Of a stretch of DNA of 64,000 nt, positions 40,278 to 55,519 are shown in pieces. Origin of the DNA: Octopus vulgaris. Taxonomy: Eukaryota. Each line of letters starts with the position of its first letter. Position 1 is the stretch's first letter. A program made the translations under genes and the position numbers. The stretch covers positions 2,108,001 through 2,172,000 of the forward strand of contig OX597836.1 in NCBI GenBank assembly GCA_951406725.2, read 5' to 3'. The notes under the pieces are model-generated. The model was given only the letters and a program-made list of their open reading frames with translations. It was not told the DNA's origin and did not search any database.

Positions 40278-42320
40278 CATATATATATGTGTATATATAT
40301 ATCTATGTATATATATATATGTATAGAGAGAGAGAGGGAGAGAGAGATAGAAGCGAGAGAGATGTGAGTAGGTGTACGCGCATACACACACACAGACACA
40401 TACATCCACATATCCTCGAAGAAGTCTAAGTGAATTTGGATCTTCATTCCACTCACCTTTTAAGTTACCAAAAGGTCCAGAAAATGTGAAGTAGTTGACA
40501 CCCTATTTAACTGTGTTTTGGTTGAACCAATTCGGACAACAACATTGACGATGGCGATCCAAAGACTTCTGGCAACGCATGGAAACAGACTTAAAGCAGA
40601 AATATGCAACATTTAGCGCTATATGTGTCTCTTCTGATTTCCTAAAAAACCCGAACGATTTCGACATATCACTGATACAAATGATCGTGCGAATGTTGTA
40701 TGTATACATATATAAATATGTATGCATATCTGTGCTTCTGTGTGTGTATGTGTGTGTGTGTGTGTGAATTATGTATATGTGCATGTCAACATTTGGTAAT
40801 TCCAGTGTATTTATGGAATCCTGTATGTATTACATATGAATTGCTTGCAACGGAAATTAATTACAAATTTCAAAATCTTATCTTTAATATTTTACACATT
40901 CTGTCGAAATAAATTAGAGTGAAGCTCTTCCGTTAAAGTTTCTGGAACAAATTGGAATGAAATGATAAGAGAAGCAAAAATTAGTCTGAAAGGAAGGAAT
41001 AAGTCTATAAATGTAGAATTTGAATTGAAACAGTAAAAATATGCAGAATGGTGCTAAAATTGCATTGGTGCTGCAATAGATGAATGTTATCGTCTGTTTT
41101 AAAGTATTTGTTGTAAGTTTTCATGAAATATCTACCTTCATTTCAAGACAAGATGAAAATTAATCGAGAGAGGTGGGGAGAGAAGGGGAGAAGGAAACAA
41201 AAACAAGGAAAGAGAAAGACAGAAACAAAAAGGTTTTTAGTTGAAATTTAACACCAGAAATGTATTGTACTCTAGCGTTTCTATCTTTATGTAAATATAT
41301 CTTGTCATACTTGTGAACTATGCGCTCGGCTATTCGTAAGATGATACGCTATAGCTTAGTAAATAAATGGCTACAATTTCTAGCGATTCCAAGAGCTATT
41401 TACTACAGACAGCTCGATTCGTTTACACATGAAAGAAATTGCCAGTCATAGGAAGTAACATATCACGTATGCGAGATAAGAATATTCACAAGAAAATACC
41501 AAATGGGTATGGAGAAATACGAAGAAAGATTTGAGCAGTTTTGATAAATGTATTTTATTCGTTTCAAAGTTGCTTCGAAGAAAGTTTGATCGAAAGTATT
41601 CCTGCTGCGAACATTAAAATGCATTCTACGGCAGTTGAGTTGAGTCTTCAATTGTCGCAACGCTCCCGTTATCTTTTACATCTCGGCAGGTAAAATGATT
41701 CTCGGCTCATCACTACTGGGTGACTGAAAGAATTTCTCCAATGCACTAAAGAATAATGTCATATTTAAATGAGTCTAATTTTAAATATAGCCTTCAAGTC
41801 TTACAATTTGCAAATTAGTAACTCCCGTTCCAGGTAGATTCCAGTTTTATGGAGAATAGAAACAGATTGGCTCCTTCTTTCGTTGACATTACTTAAGCCG
41901 ATAAAGACATTGAGGCTGAAATGCCAATAAGAGTTGAACATCTATGAAGGTTGATCTACATTTATTCATTTTAAGGGGATATACTTAATTTTTACACCAT
42001 TTATATATCTAAAACATAGGATACGAATATGTATATATTTATTAATATTCTGTAATAGTGAGGAAACAGAAGGTGTCCATGTGAAATATATATTGCAGAC
42101 GGAACAAGGAAATTATATATATATATATATAAATATATAAATATATAGCAATAAGAAAATGGAGGGGATCAATAGGTGGTTCAACTTTTATACATCATAT
42201 AATCTCCAAGAATATTTGCTTCTACAGAATATTAATTATATTACATTATTCTACCAGAAGTATATTGGATAGATATTATCCCTAAATGGGTTGGATTCAC
42301 AACATTTTACTTCCTTGGAG

Positions 42321-42379
<59 letters not shown>

Positions 42380-42609
42380 CCATGTAGGTGTGTTTTTGTG
42401 TTTTTCAGCGATCACAGCTTGGCAACCGTTATTGTGTTTTATACATCTGAGTAACTTAACTGATCGGCAAAAGACACTGTTAGAATATTACCCGGCATTC
42501 TAAAGACTGGGATCGATTTCTACGACTAAGCTCTTCAACGTAGTGCCTCAGCATGGCAGTAGGCTGATGACAAACGGTTAGGTAATACACATATAGAGAT
42601 ATAGACTGA

Positions 42610-42680
42610 TATAGTTAGATAGACAGAATAGATAGATAGACAGACGGACAGGTAGATAGATAGATAGATAGATAAACAGG

Positions 42681-42767
<87 letters not shown>

Positions 42768-42772
42768 ACAGG

Positions 42773-42836
<64 letters not shown>

Positions 42837-42838
42837 CA
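42610..42838. repeat. (GATA)n tetranucleotide array; others at about 6940-7057, 14955-15015 and 15297-15357
   Basis: Direct inspection. Confidence 0.95.
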
Positions 42839-43922
42839 GACACAAATATGCATCTATGTGTAATTTCATGCACGTGGTTTGCGCCTGTAAAGTTTTCAGA
42901 GATTTGAAAGACCGTTATTAGAAAGAAATTATCTCCTGTTACGTCAAAATGCACAAGTATTACGATATATATCTTTGATATTAATATGTACCGTGGGTGG
43001 TTAAAACGGTAAATATTAAAGTAGAATACTGTGCTCCAACTTGGGCAAATAAAGTAAAAGATAAAGAAGAATGGATAAAAATTGATTCAATTAAATCTGG
43101 TAAATTAGCCCTTTTGCCTAATTATAGACTAACTCGTATTTAGCACGCAATTTAAGCCAGCGCTCGCTTATATATCACGTCAGGTTCATCGTAGGTCATG
43201 CATATATATGTTTGTAACTTAGGAGTGTGTTTGTCTCTGTGTGTCCGTGTGGTTGTGACTTTGTGTATGTGAGAGTGGTACAGGAATCACAATGTGTAAG
43301 TGTGTCTGTGTGTGTGTGCGAGTATGTGTGTGTGTCTGTGTACATATGTATGTGCATACGCATGTGAATTTGTAAATGCGTGTGTTGTCTGCGTCGATGA
43401 TTCATCCTAACAAAGAGAAGATATGGAATCGCCAAGAATATTTGCTTCTACAGAATGGCTACAGGAAAAGAATGGTCACGCGTTCGGTGGATGTTCTATA
43501 TTTAAATATTGAACAAGGGAAACTGAATAGAGCTACGCAGCATAATTAGGAAACACAAACAGGAAATTAATAGGAAACGAAGAGTAGAAGTCTGTTATAT
43601 CTGTCGACCATCTATAGTATACGTTATCAAAGACATACTATTTTTCAATAAATTAATAGAATTTTTCGTTTTATTAACATTCACCTTTGTCGTCGGGTGT
43701 CAGCGTCGAGTTTCAGCCACAGATTGCAATTCGTACGCATTTATTTTTACTGTATTTCTATGTTTCCTTTCATAAGTGTGTTCACACAAACATAGACACA
43801 AACAGAGGGGACGCACGCGAACACACACACACATGCATACACACACACACACACACGCATACATACACGTATACAATGTATCACCAAGAACCATTAATTT
43901 CACATGACTATATCTATCTATG

Positions 43923-43993
<71 letters not shown>

Positions 43994-44401
43994 TCTATGT
44001 CAAGTCCCACACGCACGCACACACACACGCATATATATGTATACATTTATGCGTGTACGTATACATATATCTTATCATTTAGACATATTGCATCACACAA
44101 AAATCAGATATCGAATTACAAGAAGCTCTTAACGTTTGAACAAGGAATTAGCAAGCCACCCAAACACACAAACACACTCACAAACACAAACACACACACA
44201 CACATACGTAGAAACAAGCACATGCACCAACAGAAATATACAGATATATACATACACACATACTGTTGCTCTCGAGTAGAAGTATAAAATAGGTAGATAG
44301 TTTATCGCTTCTGTCCGAATCACGAAACTTTTCAGAACTCCATGCTATCTTTGACGAGGATATACTGTTCAACTGAACACTATACACTATATATATATAT
44401 A

Positions 44402-45299
44402 TAGGGTCATCACATCAATAATGCAATTTTTTCAATTGCATGGACGAATAAAGTACCTGCATCACCTTGTTAGTAGTAGTTTATGCTCCACATTCTTATC
44501 TTTTTACTTAATGTGTGTGTAAGGTTGAAGAGGGCAGTTTGATTTGAAAAGTTATTTTTTTCAAATCTATAATGGAAATGACAAAGGAGCATATTTGCCC
44601 GATTTTGTTTTATGAATTTAATAAAAGCAACAACGCAACGGAAGGTGTAAGGAATATTAATGCAGTAATTTGGGGATCTGACAATTACCGTCAGCCCGTG
44701 TTAACGGTGGTTCACGAAATTACGAGTTTGAAAAAAAAAACAGCCTTGAAGGCGAACCTCGTCCTGGAAGGTATGTAGAGCTCGATGGGGATACCCTGCA
44801 AACACCTCGTGAAACAAAATACCATCGTAACCGTTGATGAACTAGCAGAGAAGATTGGATTTGTTCATTCAAGTCAGAGCTAGAAGAAAAAAGACCATCT
44901 TTGATTTCAAGACGAAACGTGTTCTTCCATCAGGATTATGCTCGGTCAATATAGCAAGGTTGACATTCTAAAGGCTGGAGCAGTTTCAATGGGAAATGAT
45001 ACTCCACCCAGTCACCATATTCGACGGACATTACCATCTTTAAATATCATTTATTCCGTAATCTTCAAAATCATTTGGATGGAGAAAATATGACTTTTGT
45101 AGACGATTTCAGAACAGAACCGGAGGAGTATTTTTCGTCACGGAAAAGTCAATTTTCAAAGGGGAACTTTGCATGTTTGCCAGATAGATGTAAGATCATT
45201 GTAGAAAATAAAGGAGCGTGTTCTTAGACTAAAAAAAAACTTTGCTTATCTTATTTCTGAAAAATAAAAGGATAAAAAAAACATTATTTATAGGATGAC

Positions 45300-45303
<4 letters not shown>
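44402..45303 (+). mobile_element. Internally deleted mariner (DD34D) transposon with both TIRs
   Basis: TIRs TAGGGTCATCACATCAATAATG and CATTATTTATAGGATGACCCAA in TA context. Translation gives MEMTKEHICPILFYEFNKSNNATEGVRNINAV (HTH), VFFHQDYAR and PYSTDITIFKYHLFRNLQNHLDG (decayed HQDNARPH / YSPDLAPSDYHLF). Confidence 0.95.
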
Positions 45304-45331
<28 letters not shown>

Positions 45332-45335
<4 letters not shown>

Positions 45336-45646
45336 TTAGTGGTTAGAGTGTCCAGTTTACGATCGTGAGGTTGTGAGTTCGATCCCTGAACTGGGCTGTG
45401 TTGCGTTCTTGATGAAGACATTTTATTTCACATAGCTCCAGGTGACCCAGCTGTAGAGAGGAGTTGTGACGCCACTGGTGCCAAGCTTTACCGGGCCTTT
45501 TGCGTTTCCCTTGAATAATATCGGTGGCATGGATAGGGGAGGCTGGAATGCATGGCTGACTTCTGGTCTTCCATAAACAATCTTGCCCGGACTTGTGCCT
45601 CAGAGGGTAACTTCCTAGGTGCAATCCCATGACTATTCATGACCGA
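45332..45646 (+). mobile_element. tRNA-derived SINE family C, full length
   Basis: A box TGGCTTAGTGG and B box GAGTTCGATCCC. A second copy lies at 39512. Confidence 0.88.
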
Positions 45647-46044
45647 TATATATACATGCACATGTATATATATATATGTTTATATATATATGTGTGTTGT
45701 ATATATGTATTTATGTATGTATGTATATATATATATATATATATAAAATGTCGGTAGCATATGAGTGGGTATATATTTATAACTCAAACCAACAGTTCAG
45801 CAATCCAGAAAGACAATTGTTCTCTGATAATCCGCGTATCGACGAGTATCCGAAGCAATCTGTGCAGACAATTTGTTTTTTAGGTTATCCCAACAACAGT
45901 TTCGTTCAACGCTTCTGTGCTGATGTACAATCGAACAGGCAAATATTCACGAAGTCCTACAGGTATACGATACTGCAAATCGCAACAGAAAGCTTCTCAA
46001 AACCTTCCGGATGGACCATCTTGCATATATATATATATCGATGT

Positions 46045-46102
46045 GATGCTTCAAAGGGTCAACCATTAGTGGCTTAGCTGGCCGAAACAATGCAGTCGCA
46101 GC
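46045..46102 (+). ncRNA. Degenerate hammerhead-like motif
   Basis: GAUGC-UUCAAAG-GGUCAAC...GCUGGCC-GAAA-CAAUGCAG-UC-GCAGC. The 3' half and helices I/II are recognisable, but the 5' core is decayed. Confidence 0.35.
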
Positions 46103-46230
46103 CAATAGAATTATTCGTAAGGAATACTAAAGCTGCACTCTAGAAAATATCCACTTATCTTCCACGTTCATGTCATTTTTATATTTTAACACAAAAAATA
46201 TTTCATCTGCTTCTTTCTTTAAAGAAGGTG

Positions 46231-46300
<70 letters not shown>

Positions 46301-46438
46301 GTATGTGTGTGTACACATAAGTATATCTGTATGTATGTATATATATATACATGCATGTATATAATTAAGCATATAGAAATACGCACATGGATATATATAT
46401 ATATACATACATATATATATATATATATAATATTATTG

Positions 46439-46475
<37 letters not shown>

Positions 46476-46601
46476 TATTATTATTATCATCATTATTATT
46501 ATTATTGTTATTATTATTATCATCATCATCATCATCATTATTATTATTATTATTATTATTAATATTATTATTATTATTATTATTACTATTATTATTATTA
46601 C

Positions 46602-46655
<54 letters not shown>

Positions 46656-47012
46656 TATCAATACTCTGTGTGCCGAAGTACACGTCGCAGGTAATTCTAA
46701 CACCTCACAATGTTAATACGCTTCTGAACGCAGAAAGAGAAGATAAGATTATACCTGGCAAATATCGAGTTATCGCATTTTTAAACTGAAAAGAATAGGA
46801 ATGATGCATCAATAATGCGGATACAGAATTCTGTAAAGAATTCTTAATCTCATTAAATTCTGCAACGGAACGACTCGAACGAATAACGAGGCTGTTCTTC
46901 TTTATCTCTGTTTATCTGGACACGCGCTCGTACACCCACAAGGCCCACAATCACACACACACACATCCATTTGTGCATATATGTGTATGTATATATGCAT
47001 GTATATACATGT

Positions 47013-47053
<41 letters not shown>

Positions 47054-47188
47054 TATATATGTACATATATATGTATACATATATATATATGTATATATAT
47101 GTATATACACATATGCATGTACATAAATACACACATACACACACACATATATATATATATATATACATACATACATACATATACATAC

Positions 47189-47270
<82 letters not shown>

Positions 47271-48854
47271 GATTATAATAAACATTTTACGTTAATCTCA
47301 TGTTTCTCTCTACTCTTGTAGAGTACTAATTAATTATTCTTAAACCAGAGTGTTGTTGAAAGTGACTTCGAATTTCAACCACATCAGTCGCCGTTGGACA
47401 TCGCTGCATTAGAGTTATTCTTGCCTCTAAATAGTCTCTGTTGAGTTGAAGTCATTTTTGTGTATATAGGTTTGAGTGGAGTGTTGGTTAGGTTTTTATG
47501 AAAATGAGATTAAATTGACCTTATGTTGTTTAGAATGTACTAAAGCATGTAGAACTTTATAAACATGTTTGTTGGGGGTACTTTTTCTAATTTTCCTCCC
47601 CACTGCTTGTATTGGATTTAATCCAAATGCTTTCAAAATCTAAAGTTCAAAAGTACAACTCCAGTACTGAAGTCCTTAGTAATTGGCGGTGTAAACGTTT
47701 TACAATAAAAAATGTAGATATACTGACAGATAGATAAACAGATAGATAAATAGAAATAGATAGGTAGGCAGACAGAGGCACAAACTAATAGATATATAGG
47801 TAGATATATAGATAGAGAGATTGATAGATAGGTTGATATATAGAGTGATAGATAGATAGATAACATAGTTGCAACTCCAAATATAGGTAAATTTCAAACA
47901 AGTAACATTTTTCCAACGTGCATACTTGTCTCTAAGTGGTAGGGTGAAAACTGACTAAATTCAACAGGGAAATCCCGTCTCGTGCTCTCGAATTTCACAC
48001 ATTCTAAATTCGAAACATTTACGAGTGCTTCCATTGTAGAATCAGTCCGTACAATGTAGTTTCATCCTTGTTTGCATATCACTCTTTCCGATAAACAGTT
48101 ATTGATCTTTCGGTTACATTTTAGAGTTCTCTCTGGTGCAAGTAATTCGACCGTTTCTCATCTGCAGATGATAACAGAAGCCATTGTATCTTGTATAATA
48201 GTAGTTCATATAAATTGATAAATATGAAACAATTTCTTGAAAGAGATATACTGTATATTAATTTTCACCGTTTATGAAGAGCTCATAGCATTTGGTCAAT
48301 TGAAGAACCCAATTTTAGATAAACAATTTAAGAGACTCAACGAGTTACGTGATTCGATGCCATGACATCATATTGGCCATCGGACATATACGTATGTTTT
48401 TGGATCATATCTCGGAATATGTAGTTTCATTGACTTACATATGTTAGCAGCTACTCATAGAGAGCATACAATTAGTGAGATTAATGTGGGAATTAGCAGT
48501 GCAGATATTTAAATTTAGCCGTATCTAATTAAATGGTCATTAACATTCACATATCAATAACATGCAACATCGTATAAATTACAATTTTTAATCAAATATT
48601 TAATCGCTTATTATTGAATTAGAAAATTTCTGACTAAATGTTTTCACATTTGTCCTCTGAGATATATGTCGATTATTCCTTCATTATATTCATATTTATT
48701 CAGCGTAGTTGTTAGGAACTTTCTGGATTCCTTTTTTCTTTTTTTTTTCAAATGTCTTATAAGAAAATGCCAAACTACGCATCAAAACTCAACGAGTTCC
48801 AGCAAAACCTCTGATAAATATAAGATAAAAATAACAACAACAATATTAATAATC

Positions 48855-48917
<63 letters not shown>

Positions 48918-48927
48918 GTAGTAGCAG

Positions 48928-49105
48928 CATCCCTGATGCAGTACCAGTCAGTGGCTCTGATGGCTTTTGGTCTTAACTGATTGGAAGTGTGATCATGTAT
49001 ATTGTTGTCTCTTCCTATAAAAAATGGCCTACAGATGGGTATATTGGGCTTCCTATATTTTACCCCAGTGTGACTATGATGGCATGCACTGCTCTTTCAC
49101 TCAAT
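48928..49105 (+). mobile_element. (TAA)n-associated non-coding repeat family; other copies at 55015-55430 (-) and 62131-62265 (+)
   Basis: The 5' part matches 62131-62232 (CAGTGGCTCT.ATGGCTT.TG.TCTTAACTGATTGG). The 3' part matches the reverse complement of 55017-55090 (ACCCCAG.GT.ACT.TGATGGCATGCA.TGCTCTTTCAC.CAAT). Confidence 0.85.
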
Positions 49106-49152
49106 AGTAGTAGTAGTAGCAGTAGTAATATTAGTAGTAGAAAGTAGTAATA

Positions 49153-50533
49153 TTGAACAAGATGCGATACAACACGCAGAAAATCAAAGAGAAAAAAGAA
49201 TACTATAGTCAAGTTAAATTAATACTGAACACAGAGCTCAATGCGAAAAACAAGATAATAGGTATCAACACTTTAGCCGTCCCAGTTATAAGTTACAGCT
49301 ACAATATCCTTAACTGGACACTAAATGAACTAACCAAAATAGACAGGAAAAGAAGAAAGATAATTACAGGATTTAGGATGCATCAACCAAAATCTGACGT
49401 AGAAAGGTTATATATACAATATATAGAAGGCGGTAGAGGCCTTATGCAGCTAGAAAACTATTACAAAATAACCACCATAGGACTTCAAAAATACCTACTT
49501 CAGAAGCGAGGAAAACTAATACAAATATCCATAAAAAATGAAAAAATATAAAAAAACTGTTTTCAGTCTTTAAGAAAGCTGACAAATACAAATCTGAAGA
49601 AGACGAAGAAACAACGAAAGGTGTAAAACAACTGAAATCCAAACTAAAACTGGAACAGCGACGGACCATAATAAAAAGATGGCAAGAAAAGCGCCTTCAT
49701 GGCAAATATTGGGTTAACCTAAACGCAAAAGAAATAGACAAAGCAAAATCCCAGCAATGGTTGAGAAGCTCACGACTCAAAGCAGAGACAGAGGGATTTT
49801 TAATTGCAGCACAAGACCAAAGCGTCTCCACCAGAAATTACCAACATATAATGAAAAGAAACATAATAAGTAACTACACAATATGTGGAGACGGACAAGA
49901 GACAATAAATCGTATTATCTCTGGTTGCCCAGTCCTGGCTAAGAAGGAATATACTCACAGACATGATAGATTTGGGACTTGCATACACTGGACGCTATGA
50001 CAACACTATGGAATAACAACAGAAAAAGGTGGTGTAGGCACACGCCAGAAAAGGTCACAGTAAATGAGAATGCAACAATACTATGGGATATGCCAATACA
50101 CTCTGATAGAGAAATTAAGGCTAATATGCCAGATATAGTTGTCAGAGATCATGACGAAAAAAATGCTTTCTAATTGATGCATCAATACCAGCAGATGACA
50201 ACGATTCTCTAAAATAAATGAAGACATTTTCAAAATACAAAGACCTGGAAATAGAGGTAACTCGAATGTCGAGTCTAAAAGCAGAAACAAATCCTATCAT
50301 AGTGGGCGCATTAGGTATGATAAAAAATATTCAGACAAATACATAACACTATGACTAACAAAATATATATGACATGCAGATAATAGCACTACTAGGTACT
50401 GCACACATCCTACCTGAAGCACTTTCATTATAGTAACCATAAGAACATCACAGCAAACCACAGCACACACCCAAGGCACACAGCTCCGCTCGGTAGTGCA
50501 GTAAAAGCACGCTATAAAATCAAGACTACTGAA
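49153..50533 (+). mobile_element. 5'-truncated, pseudogenised R4/Dong-type non-LTR retrotransposon (RT C-terminus, CCHC knuckle, restriction-like endonuclease)
   Basis: INTLAVPVISYS, EGGRGL, LKAETEGFLIAAQDQ, ICGDGQETINRIISGCPVLAKKEYTHRHD and ILWDMPIHSDREIKANMPDIVV motifs. Stops and frameshifts are present, and the 3' end runs into AAC/AAT repeats. Confidence 0.93.
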
Positions 50534-50990
50534 TAACATCAACAAGAACAACAACAATAATAATAATAATGTTGATGATATTAATAATATTGAAAAGCTG
50601 ATGAGGATGACAACGACGACAACGACGACGATGATGATGATGATGATAATAATAGATTCTGGTGGCATTAACAATTCTTTACGTGCTTCCTACGCATGGT
50701 ACCTCGTCATCATCCAGGTTGTTCTGTAGAGAAATTTTATTGATTCAGTCACGCACAGCCTTATTAATAAGTCTTTTGTGTCTCAATTAATTAAGAGCAG
50801 AACAACTGTCAGTTTCATGACAGCAACACAGATAGTAAAAAAAAAAAATGTGGAAACGCACACAAAGAAACAAACAATTATACAAATGGATACATACACA
50901 TACACACGCACCCCCCAAATATATATGAATATGAGTGTGTGTGTGTGTGTGTGCTTGTTCATGCGTATTTACATATGACTATGTACTTTA

Positions 50991-51037
<47 letters not shown>

Positions 51038-51388
51038 CATGAGTATATATGTAAAGTGGCAGGCACTGACAACAACATGCACACAAAAGCTCAAAGCAAA
51101 GGAAGCAGATAAGAAAGCATATATGAGTGAGTGTGTGTGTGGAAATGTGTTGGGCGCGGTTTCATGTCGTGAAGGTTTCCCAGTCCTTCTTGAAATGTGT
51201 GCTGCGTTGCGTTCTTCATCAAAATATTTCCCATCACGCTACTGTGATATCTCCTTCTCAACTCACCTGTAGCACAGTATGCTGCTGCTCTACAAGCTAA
51301 GTCCATTTGATGGATGGACTGAACTAATGTGCACCTAAGATGTAGGGTCACCATAAACAATTCTCCTCAGAGAGAAGGATAGAAAGCA

Positions 51389-51421
<33 letters not shown>

Positions 51422-52034
51422 AAACACACACACACACATAATTAAATGGTTAAATCATTAATAACTTAATTTATATCCATTGAATCTATCCATTTTCAAA
51501 CTTATTATATATATTAAAGTTTGATTGTTTTCGTGATGAGGGATAAGGATGGCAGTAAAAAATTAAATAATAATAAGAAATTAAAGAACAGTGCAAACAC
51601 CTAGAAATATTTGTTTATGACCAGCAGCCAGCTCTGGCTTTTATTCTCAATAAACATACTATTCTAACCTTAGATCTTATACTGATGATAAGGAGGTAGA
51701 TAAAATGTAATTAGGAATCAATAAGAATCCTGTGAGCCCTATTTTGATTGTGTCCCAATCGTGGATTTCCAGTTTATTTTCATTTAACAAGAAAATGTAA
51801 TGTTAAGCCGTCATAAATATATACATATATACAAATCATACGTACACATGCACACATATATCTATATATCCACACACGCGCACGCAGCCACATATACTTT
51901 AAACTTCTTGAGTAATTTTAGCAGTTTCTGGCATATTGTGTTCGACGTCCGCCGATGCCATTGTTAGTTGCCCTTCTTTTGGTATCTATAAATGAAATGC
52001 ACGTTTAGGGGTTAGATTCATTTAGGGGTTAGAT

Positions 52035-52330
52035 TCATTTGAGCATCTTAGACGATGGGTTGAGATATAGTTTCCATGTTTTTATGGAATTTCGACTCTT
52101 GCAGCAAACTGCCGGTGTTAAGAATCCGTATATCCTGAAACACGCCTGCAATATCAATTCACAGTAAAACTGTTGTGCTCTTGTATTATCACGAAACATA
52201 ACCAAACTTCTTGGCCTACAATGCTGTGGCCGGTGTGGTTTCCGAAAGTCCATCATAGTCCTTGAAGTGAGGTGCTGTTTAGCAGGCTACTGGATCTTTG
52301 CTTGCCTTCATGGAGTTTATTTCCGTTCCA
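52035..52330 (-). mobile_element. Decayed RTE-like LINE fragment (post-RT region)
   Basis: Minus frame SIVGQEVWLC...NSFTVN*YCRRVSGY...NYISTHRLRC resembles the LLYGCETW...CLRRILG...RLRW signature. Confidence 0.45.
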
Positions 52331-53397
52331 AAAAATCATCCGAGTATAAGTATACCTTATAACTGAAAGACTCACTTTCACTCCTCAATATTGCTTGTTT
52401 CTGATCATTAAAAGGTAAAGCAAGTTTGTTTTTGTTTTTTTCTTTTCGAGTCTGAAAACTTTGTTGAAATATGGAATGAGGTTATGAACGCTTGAGCTCA
52501 AGCAATGGAAGACGATATCAAACAAAGAAACACACACACACACACTCGGACGCACACACAAACGCACACACGTGCATACACTCACGCGCGCATGAACACA
52601 CACAAACGCATAAAAGCTATTCGATGACGAGCTTCTTACAGTTTCCTTCTGCAGACATTGCGTGGAGGGATTAGGTATTAGACTAGAATATATTTATCCA
52701 GGATACCAAACAGTGAAACTGAGGATGTGAAAGATGAATTTGGGGATACGGTTGCTTACCAGTCGACCAAGCCTATATATATGTTCACACACACACATAC
52801 ACATGCACATACATGCATATACACATACCCATACGCACACAAACTTATATAGTCATATGTCTTACATACTCAAGTATTTAGATGCAGATGGTGTCGACGT
52901 GTAAGGCGCTGACAATTAAGGCGTACATGATGTTGATAACTTCCAAGACGTTCCGTGAATTCTGTTATAACAAAATTATATATGCTTGAATATATGTGTA
53001 GCATAAATTCTATTCATTGTGTATTCAATACCCGCTTGATTATGCTTAAATGTAGACTATCATGTCTATATCGTGACACTTAGTTTCGCGGTGAAATACA
53101 ACAAATTAAGCAGGCACACCTAGGCAAACAAATATCCCTCAAAACACGCGCGCGCAAACGTACAAATTAAATGTCATTACATATATATATATATATATAT
53201 ATTTAACTATATGTACGTATAGTTAAATATATATATGTGTTTTATATATATATATGCGTATGTGTGTGTACTAATATACATATATACATATATATGCTTA
53301 CAGAAATACTTATGTATATATGAACAAATGTGTTTATATACATTACTTTATACATAAACACAAGCACACACATTATTATTATAGTCATTATTATTCG

Positions 53398-53436
<39 letters not shown>

Positions 53437-53788
53437 ATACATACACACATATGCACATACAAGCATAAAACCATAGATAACTGCATATGCGACCGTATTT
53501 GCGTTTGAATATTTACATATATGATTGAGCTTTAACATGGATGCATATTGATATACATGCATTTCTATACAGTTAACTAATTGTTTGTTTTTGCATTTCA
53601 GAAAATGTTTTATTTTTTCTGTACAAGAATTAGAAGTTTATAATGTCACACAACCGCTTTCAAATGTATAGTATTGCTTACGCATAGGCACACAGGTACT
53701 TAAATTTTCATGTGCTTGTTGTGCATGCTTATGCCTACGTGCGTATGAATGTGTATGTGGTAGGTATTCATATATATGTGCGTGTCTT

Positions 53789-53875
<87 letters not shown>

Positions 53876-54083
53876 ATATATATATATATGCGGAGGGGGA
53901 GAGAGAGGGGGGAAAGTGTGGAGGAGGTATGCAAGCTAGATTTTATTAATTTCGTTAAGGCTTCATTCAAAATATATTCCAAGTCTAATACATGCACTTC
54001 TTTATGGAGAAAAACCTGAATTATATTTTCATGCTTTTTTGAAAACATTTGTTTCTTTTTAGCTATTTTACCGATAAATTTTG

Positions 54084-54186
<103 letters not shown>

Positions 54187-54607
54187 GAAGAAGAAGAAGA
54201 AGAAGAAGAAGTAGATAAGGTACATTTTTTTTTTTTCTATTTCGTGCGTAACACATTAGATATAATTGCTTCAAATCAAAATCGTCGTCTCGAATTTCGA
54301 AACACGATTTAAAATTGAATATGTGGACCTAAAGAAGTAACAAAAGTAATATATATATATAAATAAAATATGAATGAAAATTATGTCGAAAAGACGTGAA
54401 AGCCTTCTAGACGCCATGTTTCTTTTACGAAATTGCAAATTCTGATCGTGTCTTTAAATTGCAAATTGTATCTTAGATTCTTATTATAGAAATAAATGTA
54501 CTGGATTTAATATATTGTAAAATGCTTTTAAATTTCAGGTGCTGCTAGAATTTGCTGTATTTTGTTTACGAATCATCACCAACGATCCCACCACTGTCAT
54601 GAGCAGT

Positions 54608-54638
<31 letters not shown>

Positions 54639-54939
54639 CAGCCGCCAAAGCCACCACCACCGTCACCATTAACAACGAAATAGGAACTGCAACTATAGAG
54701 CTAATAATTCTGCTGTTGCTACTATAACTTTAAAAGCAGCACCACCACAACTAACAATAGCAACAACAGTATTAGCAGCAACAACAACAACTACTACTAC
54801 TACTGCTGCTGCTGCTTCTGCTGCTTCTGCTGCTACAACGCATGCTACTCCTACTCAACAATAATGTAAGTAATTATCTTATGAATAATATCACATAATA
54901 TCTAATTGAGACAGCATATTTGACAAGGTGGTGCTGCTA

Positions 54940-54992
<53 letters not shown>

Positions 54993-55519
54993 ATTTTTAT
55001 TATTATTATTATTATCATTGCGTGAAAGAGCAATGCATGCCATCAAAGTGACTCTGGGGTACAAATATACGAAGCCCATTATACGCATCATGACTACCTG
55101 TGTGATAAGGGTACACAAGGCACACGCATCTGAACAATGTGCTCGCGACATGGTGATTTCATGTCAAAATCGACAGCACATGACTTTGCAGGCGGGGCCA
55201 AGTTAGAAATTTCTTCAAGTCGAGTAGCCCATGTCACTCAAAAGGTCTCAGAATAAGGGTTGTTTAAGGATGCTGGACAAAATACCCATGTTTCCAGGGT
55301 TGAATTATCCAAACCCCAAAGAATTCCTCTCAACACATGGCCTTGACGCTCCCCAACTACTTCTGCTTGTGATCAGAGACGTTCACATCGCAGACTCAGG
55401 AATGAAGGACCGTGATGATCAGAAGCATAATGCTTAAACAAAGATGCCCAAATTTTTGAATGGCATTCCGTGCTTATCGTTTTTGTTACATCACAGTGAG
55501 TCGTCCGGTGACACATCGA

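Noticed and set aside
39870-40325. Roughly 120-bp higher-order duplication within a compound TA/TG tract
   Set aside because: Ordinary microsatellite expansion, and possibly an assembly artefact.
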